From positions 1-64,000 of IMG/VR virus record IMGVR_UViG_3300020171_000018: a stretch of DNA of 64,000 nt, one strand, 5' to 3'. Shown piece after piece: positions 54,882 through 64,000 of the stretch. Position numbers and translations under genes: made by a program. The notes under the pieces were generated by a model, which was not told where the DNA came from, made no database searches, and was given only the letters and a program-made list of their open reading frames with translations. The DNA comes from a virus. Within the stretch, counting starts at the first letter, position 1, and every line of letters starts with the position of its first letter.

Positions 54882-55664
54882 TCAGGGGTATATCAGGTCC
54901 AAAACCCTCGGTATGGTCAACCCCTGCTCAACCGTGGTGTCATACGGGGGCTCCGCATCCACTGCGAACTCCGCCCCGTACAGCCACGCAGCCAACCTGC
55001 AGTCAACCACATTCGCTACAAACCCACGCCTAGAATGATGCTCCGTTCGCACATTCATCTGCACCAGATATGGACTCTGGTTGAACCCCCGCCTCACCTG
55101 CTTGCCGGTCGCCTTGTCGTTCACATACTCCCCATGGAGCTGGAATGTGACCAGCAGGTTCACATCGGTCTCGTAGGCGTCCTTGTATATCTGCGACTGC
55201 TCGGCGTTGACTGGCCCATAGTCCCTGGGGAGCACCTGGGTGAGCTTACCAAACCGGGCCAGCCTGTGCAGCTCCCACATCTCCGACCCTGAGTCAATAG
55301 CAATAGAGGCTGCGTTCTTCAGGGCATACTTGTAGTCGCCCACGAACTGCTCCCAGGTCTCCAGGTACTTGTCCTTGTCGGCCTGTATCGGCACCTCCGG
55401 CACATCGTAGTGGGCCACGTAGATGTCCCCTGGGCCGAACTCTGTCAGCCCCAAGAACTTGTCCACCACCCCTTCTAGGCCCTTGTCAAAGTTCATCACG
55501 TAGAGGGGCTGAGGGGCGGTCAGTGCCAAGGTGCTCTTGCCGGACTTCTCACCCCCCTCTACGGCGGCGATTATGCGCCTCTTGGTGGAGACTGTGGCTG
55601 GCTTGAATCGAGTGGTGCGGTCTGTGGTGGGTTGTATTTTGTCAACGGCCTTAGGTACGGGCAT
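54882..55664 (-). CDS. P-loop ATPase (AAA_24/Sak4-like)
   Basis: GGEKSGKS Walker A; SIAIDS Walker B. Confidence 0.8.
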   Translation of the reverse strand: MPVPKAVDKIQPTTDRTTRFKPATVSTKRRIIAAVEGGEKSGKSTLALTAPQPLYVMNFDKGLEGVVDKFLGLTEFGPGDIYVAHYDVPEVPIQADKDKYLETWEQFVGDYKYALKNAASIAIDSGSEMWELHRLARFGKLTQVLPRDYGPVNAEQSQIYKDAYETDVNLLVTFQLHGEYVNDKATGKQVRRGFNQSPYLVQMNVRTEHHSRRGFVANVVDCRLAAWLYGAEFAVDAEPPYDTTVEQGLTIPRVLDLIYP

Positions 55665-56073
55665 CGCTCTGGGCCTCCTGCATGGGAATCAGGAGTATGA
55701 GCAAGTCATAGGCGCGTTTGGCCTCTCGGTCAAAGCGGAAATCTGGACTACGCACGTTCCTGTCCAACTCGTGCAAAACGCCCAACAGGGTAGAGGCTGC
55801 TTGGTACGAGGGCATCTGCTCCTTGGTCAACCTGTGTGCCCACACAATTCCCCCAGCCAGCATGATGTCCGCCGCACTCGAAATCGAGAACCCTTGGAGA
55901 ACCCGGGACGCCTCTTCCCAAGACTTCACCAAGAGTTCCAGCTTGCCCAGGGCCTCGTTCACGGTTGAGTCTGCCTGACTCACCGTGCTGGCCCTGAGGG
56001 TGTTCAGGGATTCCTGGGCCTCCTTGACCACTTGCTTCTTGTAGGACTCTAAGGCTTGCGAAATGCTAGACAT
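55651..56073 (-). CDS. Hypothetical protein
   Basis: 140 aa, AAGGAGG RBS. Confidence 0.55.
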   Translation of the reverse strand: MSSISQALESYKKQVVKEAQESLNTLRASTVSQADSTVNEALGKLELLVKSWEEASRVLQGFSISSAADIMLAGGIVWAHRLTKEQMPSYQAASTLLGVLHELDRNVRSPDFRFDREAKRAYDLLILLIPMQEAQSDART

Positions 56074-56091
56074 GACTAACCTCCTTGGTCT

Positions 56092-56838
56092 TTACTCTCC
56101 TGTCAGTATCTTGTCAGATTCCTCCACCAGTACCGCCCACCCCTCCTCCACACTCAGCCCCACCCCTAGCCTATCGCACACCCCCTTCACCGGGCACCTC
56201 GGACAGAACCTCGTTTTATCCACTGTCTGTGGCGGAATCGGCCCCTCAGCCGCCATCGCCCTCTCCACCACATCCCTGCCCGACACAATGGTCCGCCAAT
56301 GCTCCTCCAACTCCCTAGGGGTAAAACTCACCCTGTACCTGTCTGGCCCCCTTGGAGCTGGCGGCGCATAGTTGCCGTTGACCCAGAGCACCGCTAGCCC
56401 CGCCTCTCCTTGAATGTACTCAGGCCTCAGCCTCACCATGTAGAGGTAGGCTCCAATTTGCACGAACCACTCCCAATGGGCTTCTGGGCCTTTGTTGCTC
56501 GATGTCCAGGTTGCCTTGGCCTCCCAGATTCTCCCACCCTCCACCCAGTCGGGAGTGCCCAGAATGCCGTCCAACACGAGCCCTGGGTGCCTTGTAGTCC
56601 CCTCTGGGGCAGTGGGGGCCAGCAGGTTCTCCCAAGCCTCTCCCACACCGAACAGGGTCAGGGTCTCTCGGGAGATGTTGTACTGACCCATGACTCGGAT
56701 TATGAATGTGCGCCTGAGACACACAATAAAATCCGAAATGTGCGGGTCTGGCCTGGGGTTAGCTATGATTCCCCCAGTCTGCCCAGGTTGCCCCTGTTCC
56801 CCTGCTGTTCCTACTGCCCCAAAGGGTTCTATCTTCAC
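56092..56838 (-). CDS. Cas4-like PD-(D/E)xK exonuclease
   Basis: HISDFIVCLR, GTPD, WEAKAT, QIGAY, FCPRCPVKGVC. Confidence 0.8.
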   Translation of the reverse strand: MKIEPFGAVGTAGEQGQPGQTGGIIANPRPDPHISDFIVCLRRTFIIRVMGQYNISRETLTLFGVGEAWENLLAPTAPEGTTRHPGLVLDGILGTPDWVEGGRIWEAKATWTSSNKGPEAHWEWFVQIGAYLYMVRLRPEYIQGEAGLAVLWVNGNYAPPAPRGPDRYRVSFTPRELEEHWRTIVSGRDVVERAMAAEGPIPPQTVDKTRFCPRCPVKGVCDRLGVGLSVEEGWAVLVEESDKILTGE

Positions 56839-56868
56839 ATCAAGCCTTTCACCGAACTGGAGCTGGGT

Positions 56869-57666
56869 TTATGGTGTGCTCAGATTCCCCTCAGTCTCCA
56901 CCAGCAGCCCGGCCTCCACCATCGCCCTGAGGCTTCTCATGGCCGTTTGCTTGGTGGCGTTGTCGGCCACCTTGACCTCCGGGTTCGCCTTCTGCAACTC
57001 CTCCAGCTTCCTGCCCATTATCTGGCCGGGCAGCTTGGTTCGGGCGATGGTGCCGCCGTTGATCTTGATGACGGCGTACACCAAGTTGGTGATGTCCTCA
57101 CTGATGGCCTGAGGCTCAGCGACCCCCTCAGCAGCCTCTGTACCCGTCGCTGGGGCCGTCGCGGGCTTCCCGCCCTTCTTGTACGCCTGTCCGGGCTTTC
57201 CCACGAGCCTGGTTGGGAGCAGTATGGTCGGCTGCCGAACAGTCGCCCCATCTTCAGACGCAGACCTGAACCCGGTGGTGGTGGGCTTGCGCTCCACGTA
57301 GAGCTTGTACCCTACCAGCCACTTGAGGTCTGGGGCGTCGGTCTCCTTCTTGGGAATGCCGCAGTTCACGCACTCCCGCAGGAACTGGGCCAGGTTGCTC
57401 GTCTTGACCAGACCATCCCTCGGGGCGTCCTCCACGGTCTGTCTGTCCTCGCTCACCACCCACTCGTCGGGGGCACCGCTGAGCGGGTATATCTGTTCGG
57501 CCTCCTCCGCTGGGGGATCCAAGGGCTTCATTTTGAGGTGGGCCGCCATGACCGTCACTCCCCTGCCAGGGTAAGTGAACGGCTCAAAGCTGTAGCCCGT
57601 TATCTCGACTACGGACTTGTCCAGTAGCCCTTCTTCTTGCTTTTCTACCGAGAATGTAAAGGCCAT
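56869..57666 (-). CDS. Putative ssDNA-binding/replication protein
   Basis: Position between helicase and exonuclease; beta-rich N-terminal half; AAGGAG RBS. Confidence 0.45.
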   Translation of the reverse strand: MAFTFSVEKQEEGLLDKSVVEITGYSFEPFTYPGRGVTVMAAHLKMKPLDPPAEEAEQIYPLSGAPDEWVVSEDRQTVEDAPRDGLVKTSNLAQFLRECVNCGIPKKETDAPDLKWLVGYKLYVERKPTTTGFRSASEDGATVRQPTILLPTRLVGKPGQAYKKGGKPATAPATGTEAAEGVAEPQAISEDITNLVYAVIKINGGTIARTKLPGQIMGRKLEELQKANPEVKVADNATKQTAMRSLRAMVEAGLLVETEGNLSTP

Positions 57667-57723
57667 GTTGGGCTGTTCTCCTTTCGTGACCCGTTTCGAC
57701 TTCTACTTTAGCTACCATGTTAG

Positions 57724-59397
57724 CTACCGTGGTTCCAATGGATCCGGTAGGGTTGCATACTCCCTCCATGCTTGCTGGAACCACCAAGGAAAGAACCTAT
57801 TGTATTGTCGTCTAAACCACCTCCATGTATCATCCAAGACAATCGTTTCACTCCAATCCGTCTCTGACCTGATTGCTCGGAAGCTCTGTTGAATTAGCGT
57901 AGTGGCAGCCACATACGCGGCGTAATCTGGGTCTTGGGCCTCTCTGGCCTTGAGCTGATTGGTCTGTGTGGTCGGGAACGGCACCTTGGGGAGAATCTGA
58001 TACCTGGCCAGATTTCCCATCAAATCAAGCCCAATTCCCGCCCTTGGGGATATTAGGACCGCCGGAGGGTCAGCCGCCTTGAACTCCTCCAGCGGCCCAT
58101 CCCCATTCCCCCGCTCATGGACGTAGAACAGCGACCTGTGCTGCGTCCGGGCCAGAATCGCCTCTTGGAGCCAATATGAAACAGAGTGCACCACCCCCTT
58201 TCTATCGAGCCTTCGTCCTATCACCTGGTCAATCCTGGCCGCCAGAGTATCCAGCTCCTCTGACGTGACCTGATAGCGCATCTTGGCCGTTGGCACGTAT
58301 ATCACTGGCCTATTCTCCACTGGCCAGCGACAGGGGTATGAGGCATAGTCCCACTGCCCATCTGGAACCCCCAGCAGGTGGGCGTACATCTTCCCATCGG
58401 GCATGGTGCCACTCATAAACACAACTTTGCTCTCCGCCAATGTGTAGATGTCTTGGGCAAACTCTCCCACCCAGATTGGCTTGAGGTCAGCACCCACTAG
58501 GGAGCCCGGGGAAATCTCCGCCCCGTGTCTCCTGCGGTGCCGAGCATCCGCGGCAATGATGGGCTCCACCACCCAGCTCTCGGGCTTCATAACGGAGATT
58601 CGCAGCAGGGCATCCACCAGGGTTTCGGCCTTCTTGAGACCCTTGGCCGTCTCCCTTGGTATGTCGTCGTTGGTGCCCCCCTGCGTGGCCTCCTTGACCC
58701 GTCCGGCCCATCCTGCCAACTCCTGTCGGGCCAACTTGAGGGTCTCCTTGGCCCAGGCTGCCCAGTCCTCTACCTTCTCGCTGGCTGGTAGCCCAATATC
58801 CGCATCCAATCCCAACACCTGTTCTAGTTGTGGGAGCGTGACTCTGACGGATACTAATTGCATTAGCCAGCCCTCAAGCAAATGGGCCTCATCCACAATG
58901 ATGGTGTGCCATTTACCCAGGCCGCCCCCAAACTTGTTGGCGTACCAGAAGTAGGCGACGTTGGTAATGAGGATTCTGGTGGTCTGGGCTTCCCTCTTGG
59001 CGTCGTAGTAGGAACAGCCCCCGTCTCTTAGCTCACACTTGAACCCGAGATGGCAGGGACCCTCTTCTACGGTTAGGAATGGTTTGAGGGCGCAACTATG
59101 TTCGCTCATTCCTTTCATCACGAACGCCTGCCCCTCGAACTCTTGTGCGTATTGATCTTGGAGACTTTTGAGGGGCACAAGGATAGCCACTCGTTGGTCA
59201 TCCATGAGAAGTTGAGCAATGGACATGGCGACAACCGACTTGCCGGAGCCAGGAGGTGCCTCACGAATGGTGTATCTCTTGGGGGAGGAAAGAATAGAAG
59301 AAGTCATGCGCCACTGGTCCCGACGCCAGCTAGGGTGCTTGAACCCCAAATCCGTTGGGGGGAAAGGCGCATCGTCTACAGGTGGCCGTCTGGTCAC
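57724..59397 (-). CDS. DinG/XPD-like superfamily 2 helicase
   Basis: Q motif WRRDQ, APPGSGKS, Cys cluster, DEAH, FMSGT, QSFRAIRSETD. Confidence 0.9.
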   Translation of the reverse strand: MTRRPPVDDAPFPPTDLGFKHPSWRRDQWRMTSSILSSPKRYTIREAPPGSGKSVVAMSIAQLLMDDQRVAILVPLKSLQDQYAQEFEGQAFVMKGMSEHSCALKPFLTVEEGPCHLGFKCELRDGGCSYYDAKREAQTTRILITNVAYFWYANKFGGGLGKWHTIIVDEAHLLEGWLMQLVSVRVTLPQLEQVLGLDADIGLPASEKVEDWAAWAKETLKLARQELAGWAGRVKEATQGGTNDDIPRETAKGLKKAETLVDALLRISVMKPESWVVEPIIAADARHRRRHGAEISPGSLVGADLKPIWVGEFAQDIYTLAESKVVFMSGTMPDGKMYAHLLGVPDGQWDYASYPCRWPVENRPVIYVPTAKMRYQVTSEELDTLAARIDQVIGRRLDRKGVVHSVSYWLQEAILARTQHRSLFYVHERGNGDGPLEEFKAADPPAVLISPRAGIGLDLMGNLARYQILPKVPFPTTQTNQLKAREAQDPDYAAYVAATTLIQQSFRAIRSETDWSETIVLDDTWRWFRRQYNRFFPWWFQQAWREYATLPDPLEPR

Positions 59398-59554
59398 GGT
59401 GGCCCCTTTTCTATGTTCCTGACAGGCTAGGTTCCAGTTTTGGGGCCCCAGCAGTCTCTTGTCGAAACGGGCCCCAATCCTATCCCAGTGTTAGCTCACA
59501 GACTCGGCAAAAGCTATTGCCGTGCGCTTCGCATCACCTTCCCGGCTGCGTCTG

Positions 59555-59848
59555 TCAGACCTGCATAGGCCCCCGGTCAGACAATGCTCTCTTGGTATAG
59601 AAAGAGTCCCAGATAAACTTATGCCTTTCGGCGGTCAAATAGGAGCGTATGCTGCCGAGATGTTCTGCATTATGATTACAGCAAACGAGGAAACGCAAAC
59701 TTCCAAGGCTTGACCCCGGTAGTCGCATCTCTACCGAGTGTGTATCACACAAGTCGGCACCGCAGATGATGCAGGGGCTAATAGCTACATTGTCGCACTT
59801 CGGCATGTCACAGAGTAGGAACATCTTGGTTATCTCACGAATACTCAT
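59555..59848 (-). CDS. Cys-rich Zn-finger protein
   Basis: CDMPKC, CIICG, CDTH; GAGGAGG RBS. Confidence 0.55.
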   Translation of the reverse strand: MSIREITKMFLLCDMPKCDNVAISPCIICGADLCDTHSVEMRLPGSSLGSLRFLVCCNHNAEHLGSIRSYLTAERHKFIWDSFYTKRALSDRGPMQV

Positions 59849-59902
59849 GCTACCTCCTCTTTATCCCGCTTACCTTGAGGTACTTCGGGGGGGGGGGGGC
59901 AT

Positions 59903-60850
59903 CTACGGGTAGAAAGACCCCTTACTCTCACTCCCGCCCCCGTTCACTTCTACCGCCTGCAACTCCTCGCGCCTCTCCACGGTCGGGTGCTCTCTCCAGC
60001 TCATCAACTGCCCCATCCCCTCCCCGTTATCCTCCACCAAGAGTGTCAGGTTCCAACCCCTAGAGGCCAGACCATGCAAGGCCGAGCCGTACATGGGAGT
60101 ATTCTCCACCTGCGCCCAAAAGAACCTGCGCCATTCTAGGCTCCCAATCCCGTCCAAAACCGCCTTGAGTTGGGTGAGTTGCTCATATATCCCCGACCAA
60201 TCCCCGACCTTCATGCTCATATCCAGGGTATGGGCGTACCCCACTATGGCGCTGGCTGCCTTGCCCTTGAGCCGCGTTCTCTCGCCAAACTCGAAAAAAA
60301 TATCACTTGCTGCTATTGCCGAGTTGTCTACATCCAGCACATCCATGCTCATGCCCTGCACCACGTAGGCGACACAAGTACGCACAAAATCAGAGGGGGT
60401 CTTGAAATGCGCCCGATAGGTCTCGCATATCTGGTGGACGTAATGGGCCATCTCCGGTGGCACCACCACGTCAAACCTCTCCTTGTGGCCCTTCTCGTCG
60501 GTTGAGCGGACATGCGGCGAGAGGGAGTCAGAGTCCAAGGTCTTAGTGACACCGGCGAGGTCCGCTAGGGAGATGCGAGAGCCGTGAGCCGTTCGTGGGA
60601 GGTCGGAGAAGGGGGTCTGTTGGTCAAAGGTCCGCTGGTCAAACCCGGGGTCAATAGAGGAGGCTGGGGGGGCCGAGAGGGTCAGGGGAGATGAGGGGGC
60701 CGCAGCAGTAGAAGTAGGGGTAGGAAGTGCGATGGAGCCGTGGCCGTCGTGGGCGTTCTCTCGCCCAGCACTATTTCGTCTCATCAAGATCCTCCGAGGC
60801 GGCTCGTAGGTTTTAGGCCGGGTCTCAAACAGGCATTGTAGAGCATACAC
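59903..60850 (-). CDS. Hypothetical protein with ribbon-helix-helix-like segment
   Basis: RFDVVVPPEMAHYV..FKTPSDFVRTCV; start uncertain. Confidence 0.45.
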   Translation of the reverse strand: MYALQCLFETRPKTYEPPRRILMRRNSAGRENAHDGHGSIALPTPTSTAAAPSSPLTLSAPPASSIDPGFDQRTFDQQTPFSDLPRTAHGSRISLADLAGVTKTLDSDSLSPHVRSTDEKGHKERFDVVVPPEMAHYVHQICETYRAHFKTPSDFVRTCVAYVVQGMSMDVLDVDNSAIAASDIFFEFGERTRLKGKAASAIVGYAHTLDMSMKVGDWSGIYEQLTQLKAVLDGIGSLEWRRFFWAQVENTPMYGSALHGLASRGWNLTLLVEDNGEGMGQLMSWREHPTVERREELQAVEVNGGGSESKGSFYP

Positions 60851-61065
60851 TAGGGGTCAAGGGCTCCGCAATAGAACGGAAGTACAGGTGCAGCGGCGTG
60901 GTCACTTCGGCTCCACCACAGTAGCAGGCATAAGGGAGACGACGCCCCGCTTGACCATCATGTAGTACCTCTCAGCGCTCTAGGCTGGAGGTATCCTACA
61001 CGACTTCGGGGTACTAGTCCATAGTTACGCAACGGAGCCCTTGGTTCCTAACGCTAACGGCGTGG

Positions 61066-61344
61066 TCACGATGGCTCCTCCTGCGCCTTGTGCCACGCCA
61101 TATGTTCTCGCCAAGCGCGTAGAGACCGCCCACCGTCTATCTCCTCCCTGACAAGGGCCGCCTGAACACCGCAGTAGCGGCAGCGTCCACAATCGCAAGA
61201 AGGACAAACATCGGTGCCGCCCATCGAGGCTTCAAGAACACGTTCACCACAGACACGGCAGGGGGCGTTCTCGTCATACTCCACGACGACACACCCACCA
61301 CCAATTAGGGGATACCGTGTTAGGGGATACCGTGCTGTTTTCAT
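61066..61344 (-). CDS. Cys-rich small protein
   Basis: CRVCG, CPSCDCGRCRYC. Confidence 0.5.
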   Translation of the reverse strand: MKTARYPLTRYPLIGGGCVVVEYDENAPCRVCGERVLEASMGGTDVCPSCDCGRCRYCGVQAALVREEIDGGRSLRAWREHMAWHKAQEEPS

Positions 61345-61787
61345 GCTTGCTCCTTCTGCGCCAGCGCCGTTAGCAGACACTCACCATCCTTGAAGGTCGT
61401 CCCTCTGTTCTCCTCCCAGCTCGTGACGTGAATCGTTGGCATCTTCGATGCTGGATGCCAAATGACATGGACTACATAACCCGCGTTGGCAAGTGCAGGC
61501 TCCCACACCCGCCTGTCCAGCGAGGCCATCCAGCCACGGCCACCACAAGGCTGACACACATCTAGTTCCTCACCACCATGTTTCAAGCTCTTTCGCCACG
61601 CTCTACGTGTGCCTCCGCAGTTTTTGCACAGCACCCGCACGGAGTCGTCGAAGACAAACACCTTGCCCGTACCGTGGCAATCAGGGCACTCTTGAAGGTT
61701 GTGGAATCCTAGACCATGACAACCTAGGCACAGCCGATGCATCCCCGCCAACTGCGTGGCGAGGGCATCACGCCCATTTGTAGTCAT
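61341..61787 (-). CDS. DnaJ-type CxxCxGxG Zn-finger protein
   Basis: Four CxxCxG repeats, three with the full CxxCxGxG. Confidence 0.65.
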   Translation of the reverse strand: MTTNGRDALATQLAGMHRLCLGCHGLGFHNLQECPDCHGTGKVFVFDDSVRVLCKNCGGTRRAWRKSLKHGGEELDVCQPCGGRGWMASLDRRVWEPALANAGYVVHVIWHPASKMPTIHVTSWEENRGTTFKDGECLLTALAQKEQA

Positions 61788-61967
61788 GTCTCAGTTCTCC
61801 TTCGTCATCAAGTACTCCCCTTGTTTTCGCCTCGCTCTGGCACAAGCAGGGGCCGTTGTGCCGACTAGGGAGTGCGCACTCACGCCAACGAGTACAACGG
61901 GCAGTACGATTTGGCTTTCGGGGGATTCCCGCCAGCATCCGCACGAGGGCAAGAGTCTCCTCTTGGT

Positions 61968-62216
61968 TCACGTATCTCCTTTGCCCCCCAGTTGGGCAAC
62001 TAGCGCCCATATCTGCTCTCGCTCCTCTTGGCTGGTGTATGCAGACTCACTGCCCCAATAGCTTTCTGTGACCGTAAGCACATATTTCAGCGCCGCCGCT
62101 AGCGCCTCCACCGTGCGGCAGAGGTCAAGGGTGCTATCTAGCGCAACTTCTTGCCAAGGTCCCTCCAACTTTCTTTGTTTGGCTTCGCGCACCTGCTCCA
62201 GCGACATGATGGTCAT
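61968..62216 (-). CDS. Hypothetical protein
   Basis: 82 aa, GGAGG RBS. Confidence 0.5.
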   Translation of the reverse strand: MTIMSLEQVREAKQRKLEGPWQEVALDSTLDLCRTVEALAAALKYVLTVTESYWGSESAYTSQEEREQIWALVAQLGGKGDT

Positions 62217-62368
62217 GCTTCACCTCCAACCTTCAAGCAAGGCATCTAACTCGAACATCTCCCAATCCTCGCCGTCCATGTAGGTCTCCTGGTAGTAGCA
62301 CTTGAATAACTCTACAATCTCTTCGGCTATCATGCTTCACCTCTCACTATTGCTGGCCCGCCGCCTGG

Positions 62369-62587
62369 CTACTGCCCCGACCTCAAGGTAGTCAGGACAT
62401 CGTTGTGCCCCAACCCGTACTGGTCTATTACCGCCAAGAATGCAGCCTCTGGATACGCCTGTGATTCTCCGCGCCGCTCCCTGTAGGCATTTAGTGCCTT
62501 CATGCCCTCAATAGTTGCCAGAGCCGCCACGCACTGGCTGAAGACGAAGGCTACTTGTCGCATGGTAAGGACATCGTAACTATTCAT
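62369..62587 (-). CDS. Small phage protein
   Basis: IEGMKALN..R..RGESQAYPEAAF. Confidence 0.55.
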   Translation of the reverse strand: MNSYDVLTMRQVAFVFSQCVAALATIEGMKALNAYRERRGESQAYPEAAFLAVIDQYGLGHNDVLTTLRSGQ

Positions 62588-62706
62588 GGCTCTCTTCTCC
62601 TCTCTACTATTGCTGCCCGCCGCTCGGCGTGTGTACGCTACCCTCTGCCCCGTCGGGCAAAGTCGCCGATACCTGACAGTAGACACGGCGGGCTTGCTGG
62701 CGCTGT

Positions 62707-63102
62707 CTACTTTGGCATCTCAACGTCAATATCAGGTATGATAACGGATGGCCTGAATATCACCCTGTAGCGGTAGGCGTCCGCGCGTACAGGTTCCAGT
62801 TGCTCCACGAAGTAGCTGACGTTGTCTGATAGGCCCAGGAAGTGCTTCTTGTAGGTGCTAGGCCCTACCTTGCAAGTCACAGAGAGTTCACTTGACGGGT
62901 CATAGTTGCCTAGTGAACACAGTCCTTCGATAGTTAGCAGGTATGTGTCCGTGATGCCGTTGAAGAACACAATCCTACGTGTAACCTCGAATTGGTCTGC
63001 CGCCTTTGATACGTTCTTTGAAGCTACGTCCGCTTCTGAAGAACAGGCTACCAGGGCCAGGACGCCGGCAACGAGGACGAGTAGGCACAGTAGCTTCTTC
63101 AT
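62707..63102 (-). CDS. Phage lipoprotein of a widespread family (mycobacteriophage gp64-like)
   Basis: Lipobox LVAC; ADVASKNVSKAADQFEVTRRIVFFNGITD..KKHFLGLSDNV; AGGAGG RBS. Confidence 0.8.
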   Translation of the reverse strand: MKKLLCLLVLVAGVLALVACSSEADVASKNVSKAADQFEVTRRIVFFNGITDTYLLTIEGLCSLGNYDPSSELSVTCKVGPSTYKKHFLGLSDNVSYFVEQLEPVRADAYRYRVIFRPSVIIPDIDVEMPK

Positions 63103-63109
63103 GTCTCCT

Positions 63110-63699
63110 CCTTCAATTAGTGGGCTTGCTGGCGCTGGCCCAGCTTGCGCACTGCTTTCGGGTGGTCTCCACCACCAGCGCCAGCCTTGGCAGCCTTGCC
63201 GCAGGAGAACTTGCCCTTTCGGGTAGCTGTCGTCCCACGACTGCCCTATCCTTCCCCGCCGACTGCCACGGGAAGGCCCTTGCCCTCCCTGACGGAGCGG
63301 GCCCCTCAAACTGGCGGTTGCGCTTTTGTCTGTGGCCCTCTGCCACCACGTCCACGCCAGTTATTAGGCATTGTAGCGTGCTGGCACCCCTCGTCTATTA
63401 AGGCATCTCCTGATACGTCCACAAGAGTCTGGCAACTCACCAGTCCGAGCCTGTGGACTGCTCTTGTGCTGGACTCCTAGTTGTCCGCACATGCCACCAG
63501 CACGCTACGACTCAGAGCCTACATTAGTCTCCATCGCCGACCGGACACTTCCACCAGGCCACTGCCATCCTTTGGCGACTCCGGCAGCACCTACACCGTT
63601 CTGGTTTCGCGGTGTCCACGATACATCGTCTCGTGAACTCGCCCTCGGCTCTGAGTAGTCGCCTAAGTCGTTAAAACCCTTCTACGGGCTACCCACCTA
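63110..63699 (-). ncRNA. Candidate large structured non-coding RNA (~590 nt)
   Basis: Perfect 10-12-bp long-range helices (63128-38/63175-85, 63373-84/63497-508, 63510-19/63647-56) and a CCC-GAAA-GGG tetraloop on the minus strand. Confidence 0.7.
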
Positions 63700-63852
63700 C
63701 GTTGACTTTGGAATCCCTATAGGCTCCACAGGCTCCACAGGCTCCACAGGCTTCTGGCAACGAGGGCATCGGCGCACCTCTACCTTCCGTGGAGCCCAAC
63801 TGTGCCCGCAGAAGGCGCAGGTGACCATAGTTACTGGGACGTTGACCGGCAT
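63697..63852 (-). CDS. 51-aa Zn-finger protein (below the ORF-track cutoff)
   Basis: MPVNVPVTMVTCAFCGHSWAPRKVEVRRCPRCQKPVEPVEPVEPIGIPKST*; GGAGG RBS. Confidence 0.7.
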   Translation of the reverse strand: MPVNVPVTMVTCAFCGHSWAPRKVEVRRCPRCQKPVEPVEPVEPIGIPKST

Positions 63853-63876
63853 TGCAAACCTCCGACGTTATGATAT

Positions 63877-63905
63877 ATGATATACTCTAATAATTCCACC
63901 GTCAA
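63877..63905 (-). promoter_or_regulatory. sigma70 promoter (leftward)
   Basis: TTGACG-17 nt-TATCAT; tandem TATGATA repeat across the -10/+1 region. Confidence 0.75.
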
Positions 63906-64000
63906 GGGGGGTGTTTGGTGACAGCCATAGGCAAGCCCCGCCGAACCATAATCGTCACTCCGGCCAGATCCCCTATTCCACCCAGACCTGATCCCAGCCC

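Noticed and set aside
56410-57627. Long plus-strand ORFs opposite the replication genes (405 aa here; also 46359..47324)
   Set aside because: Antisense shadows of motif-bearing minus-strand genes in GC-rich DNA
56092-59397. Type IV CRISPR-Cas locus (Cas7-like plus DinG plus Cas4)
   Set aside because: The DinG-like and Cas4-like genes are about 38 kb from the RAMP gene, inside an ordinary phage replication module; no Cas5, Cas6 or Cas8
59887-59899. G13 tract as a phase-variation switch
   Set aside because: It lies between larger genes, at most in a ~28-codon ORF; no evidence of length variation, and it may be a sequencing artefact
62707-63309. 200-aa ORF as called in the track
   Set aside because: The real start is ATG 63102 (RBS plus lipoprotein signal); the upstream extension runs through the structured RNA
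1-64000. tRNA or rRNA genes
   Set aside because: No cloverleaf with a T-loop consensus or rRNA-like sequence was recognised by eye; a tRNAscan run is still advisable

Overview
This 64-kb window is GC-rich and gene-dense and reads as part of a large dsDNA bacterial virus or provirus. Evidence: near-consensus sigma70 promoters, Shine-Dalgarno sites and no host housekeeping operons. Dockerins and an AAADGFRL beta-clamp motif weakly suggest a Chloroflexota-like host (inference). Layout: (i) 1-9.7 kb, rightward virion/adhesin genes (LamG, beta-helix, dockerin, holin-like). (ii) 9.8-23 kb, leftward accessory block with a dual-frame C5 methyltransferase, a tyrosine recombinase and a stand-alone Cas7/RAMP-like gene preceded by a ~930-bp array with 5-nt GG-NNN periodicity. 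(iii) 23-27.8 kb, rightward early-gene cassettes and an IS1595-like non-autonomous cassette. (iv) 27.9-45.5 kb, leftward structural genes plus Asn-Pro-punctuated multidomain proteins carrying RelA/SpoT and beta-clamp domains, near a transglutaminase-like protease. (v) 45.5-60.9 kb, replication and nucleotide genes (UDG-PolA, dCTP deaminase, methyltransferases, nested HNH, ERCC4, Sm-like, AAA, Cas4-like, DinG-like). (vi) a ~590-nt highly base-paired non-coding region near the right end. I recognised no terminase, portal, HK97 capsid or canonical CRISPR array. The top candidate novel system is the RAMP gene plus periodic GG-NNN array (VIPR-like RNA-guided system). The next best are the NP-delimited polyproteins and the large structured RNA. 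All family calls come from motifs read by eye; no database searches were run.
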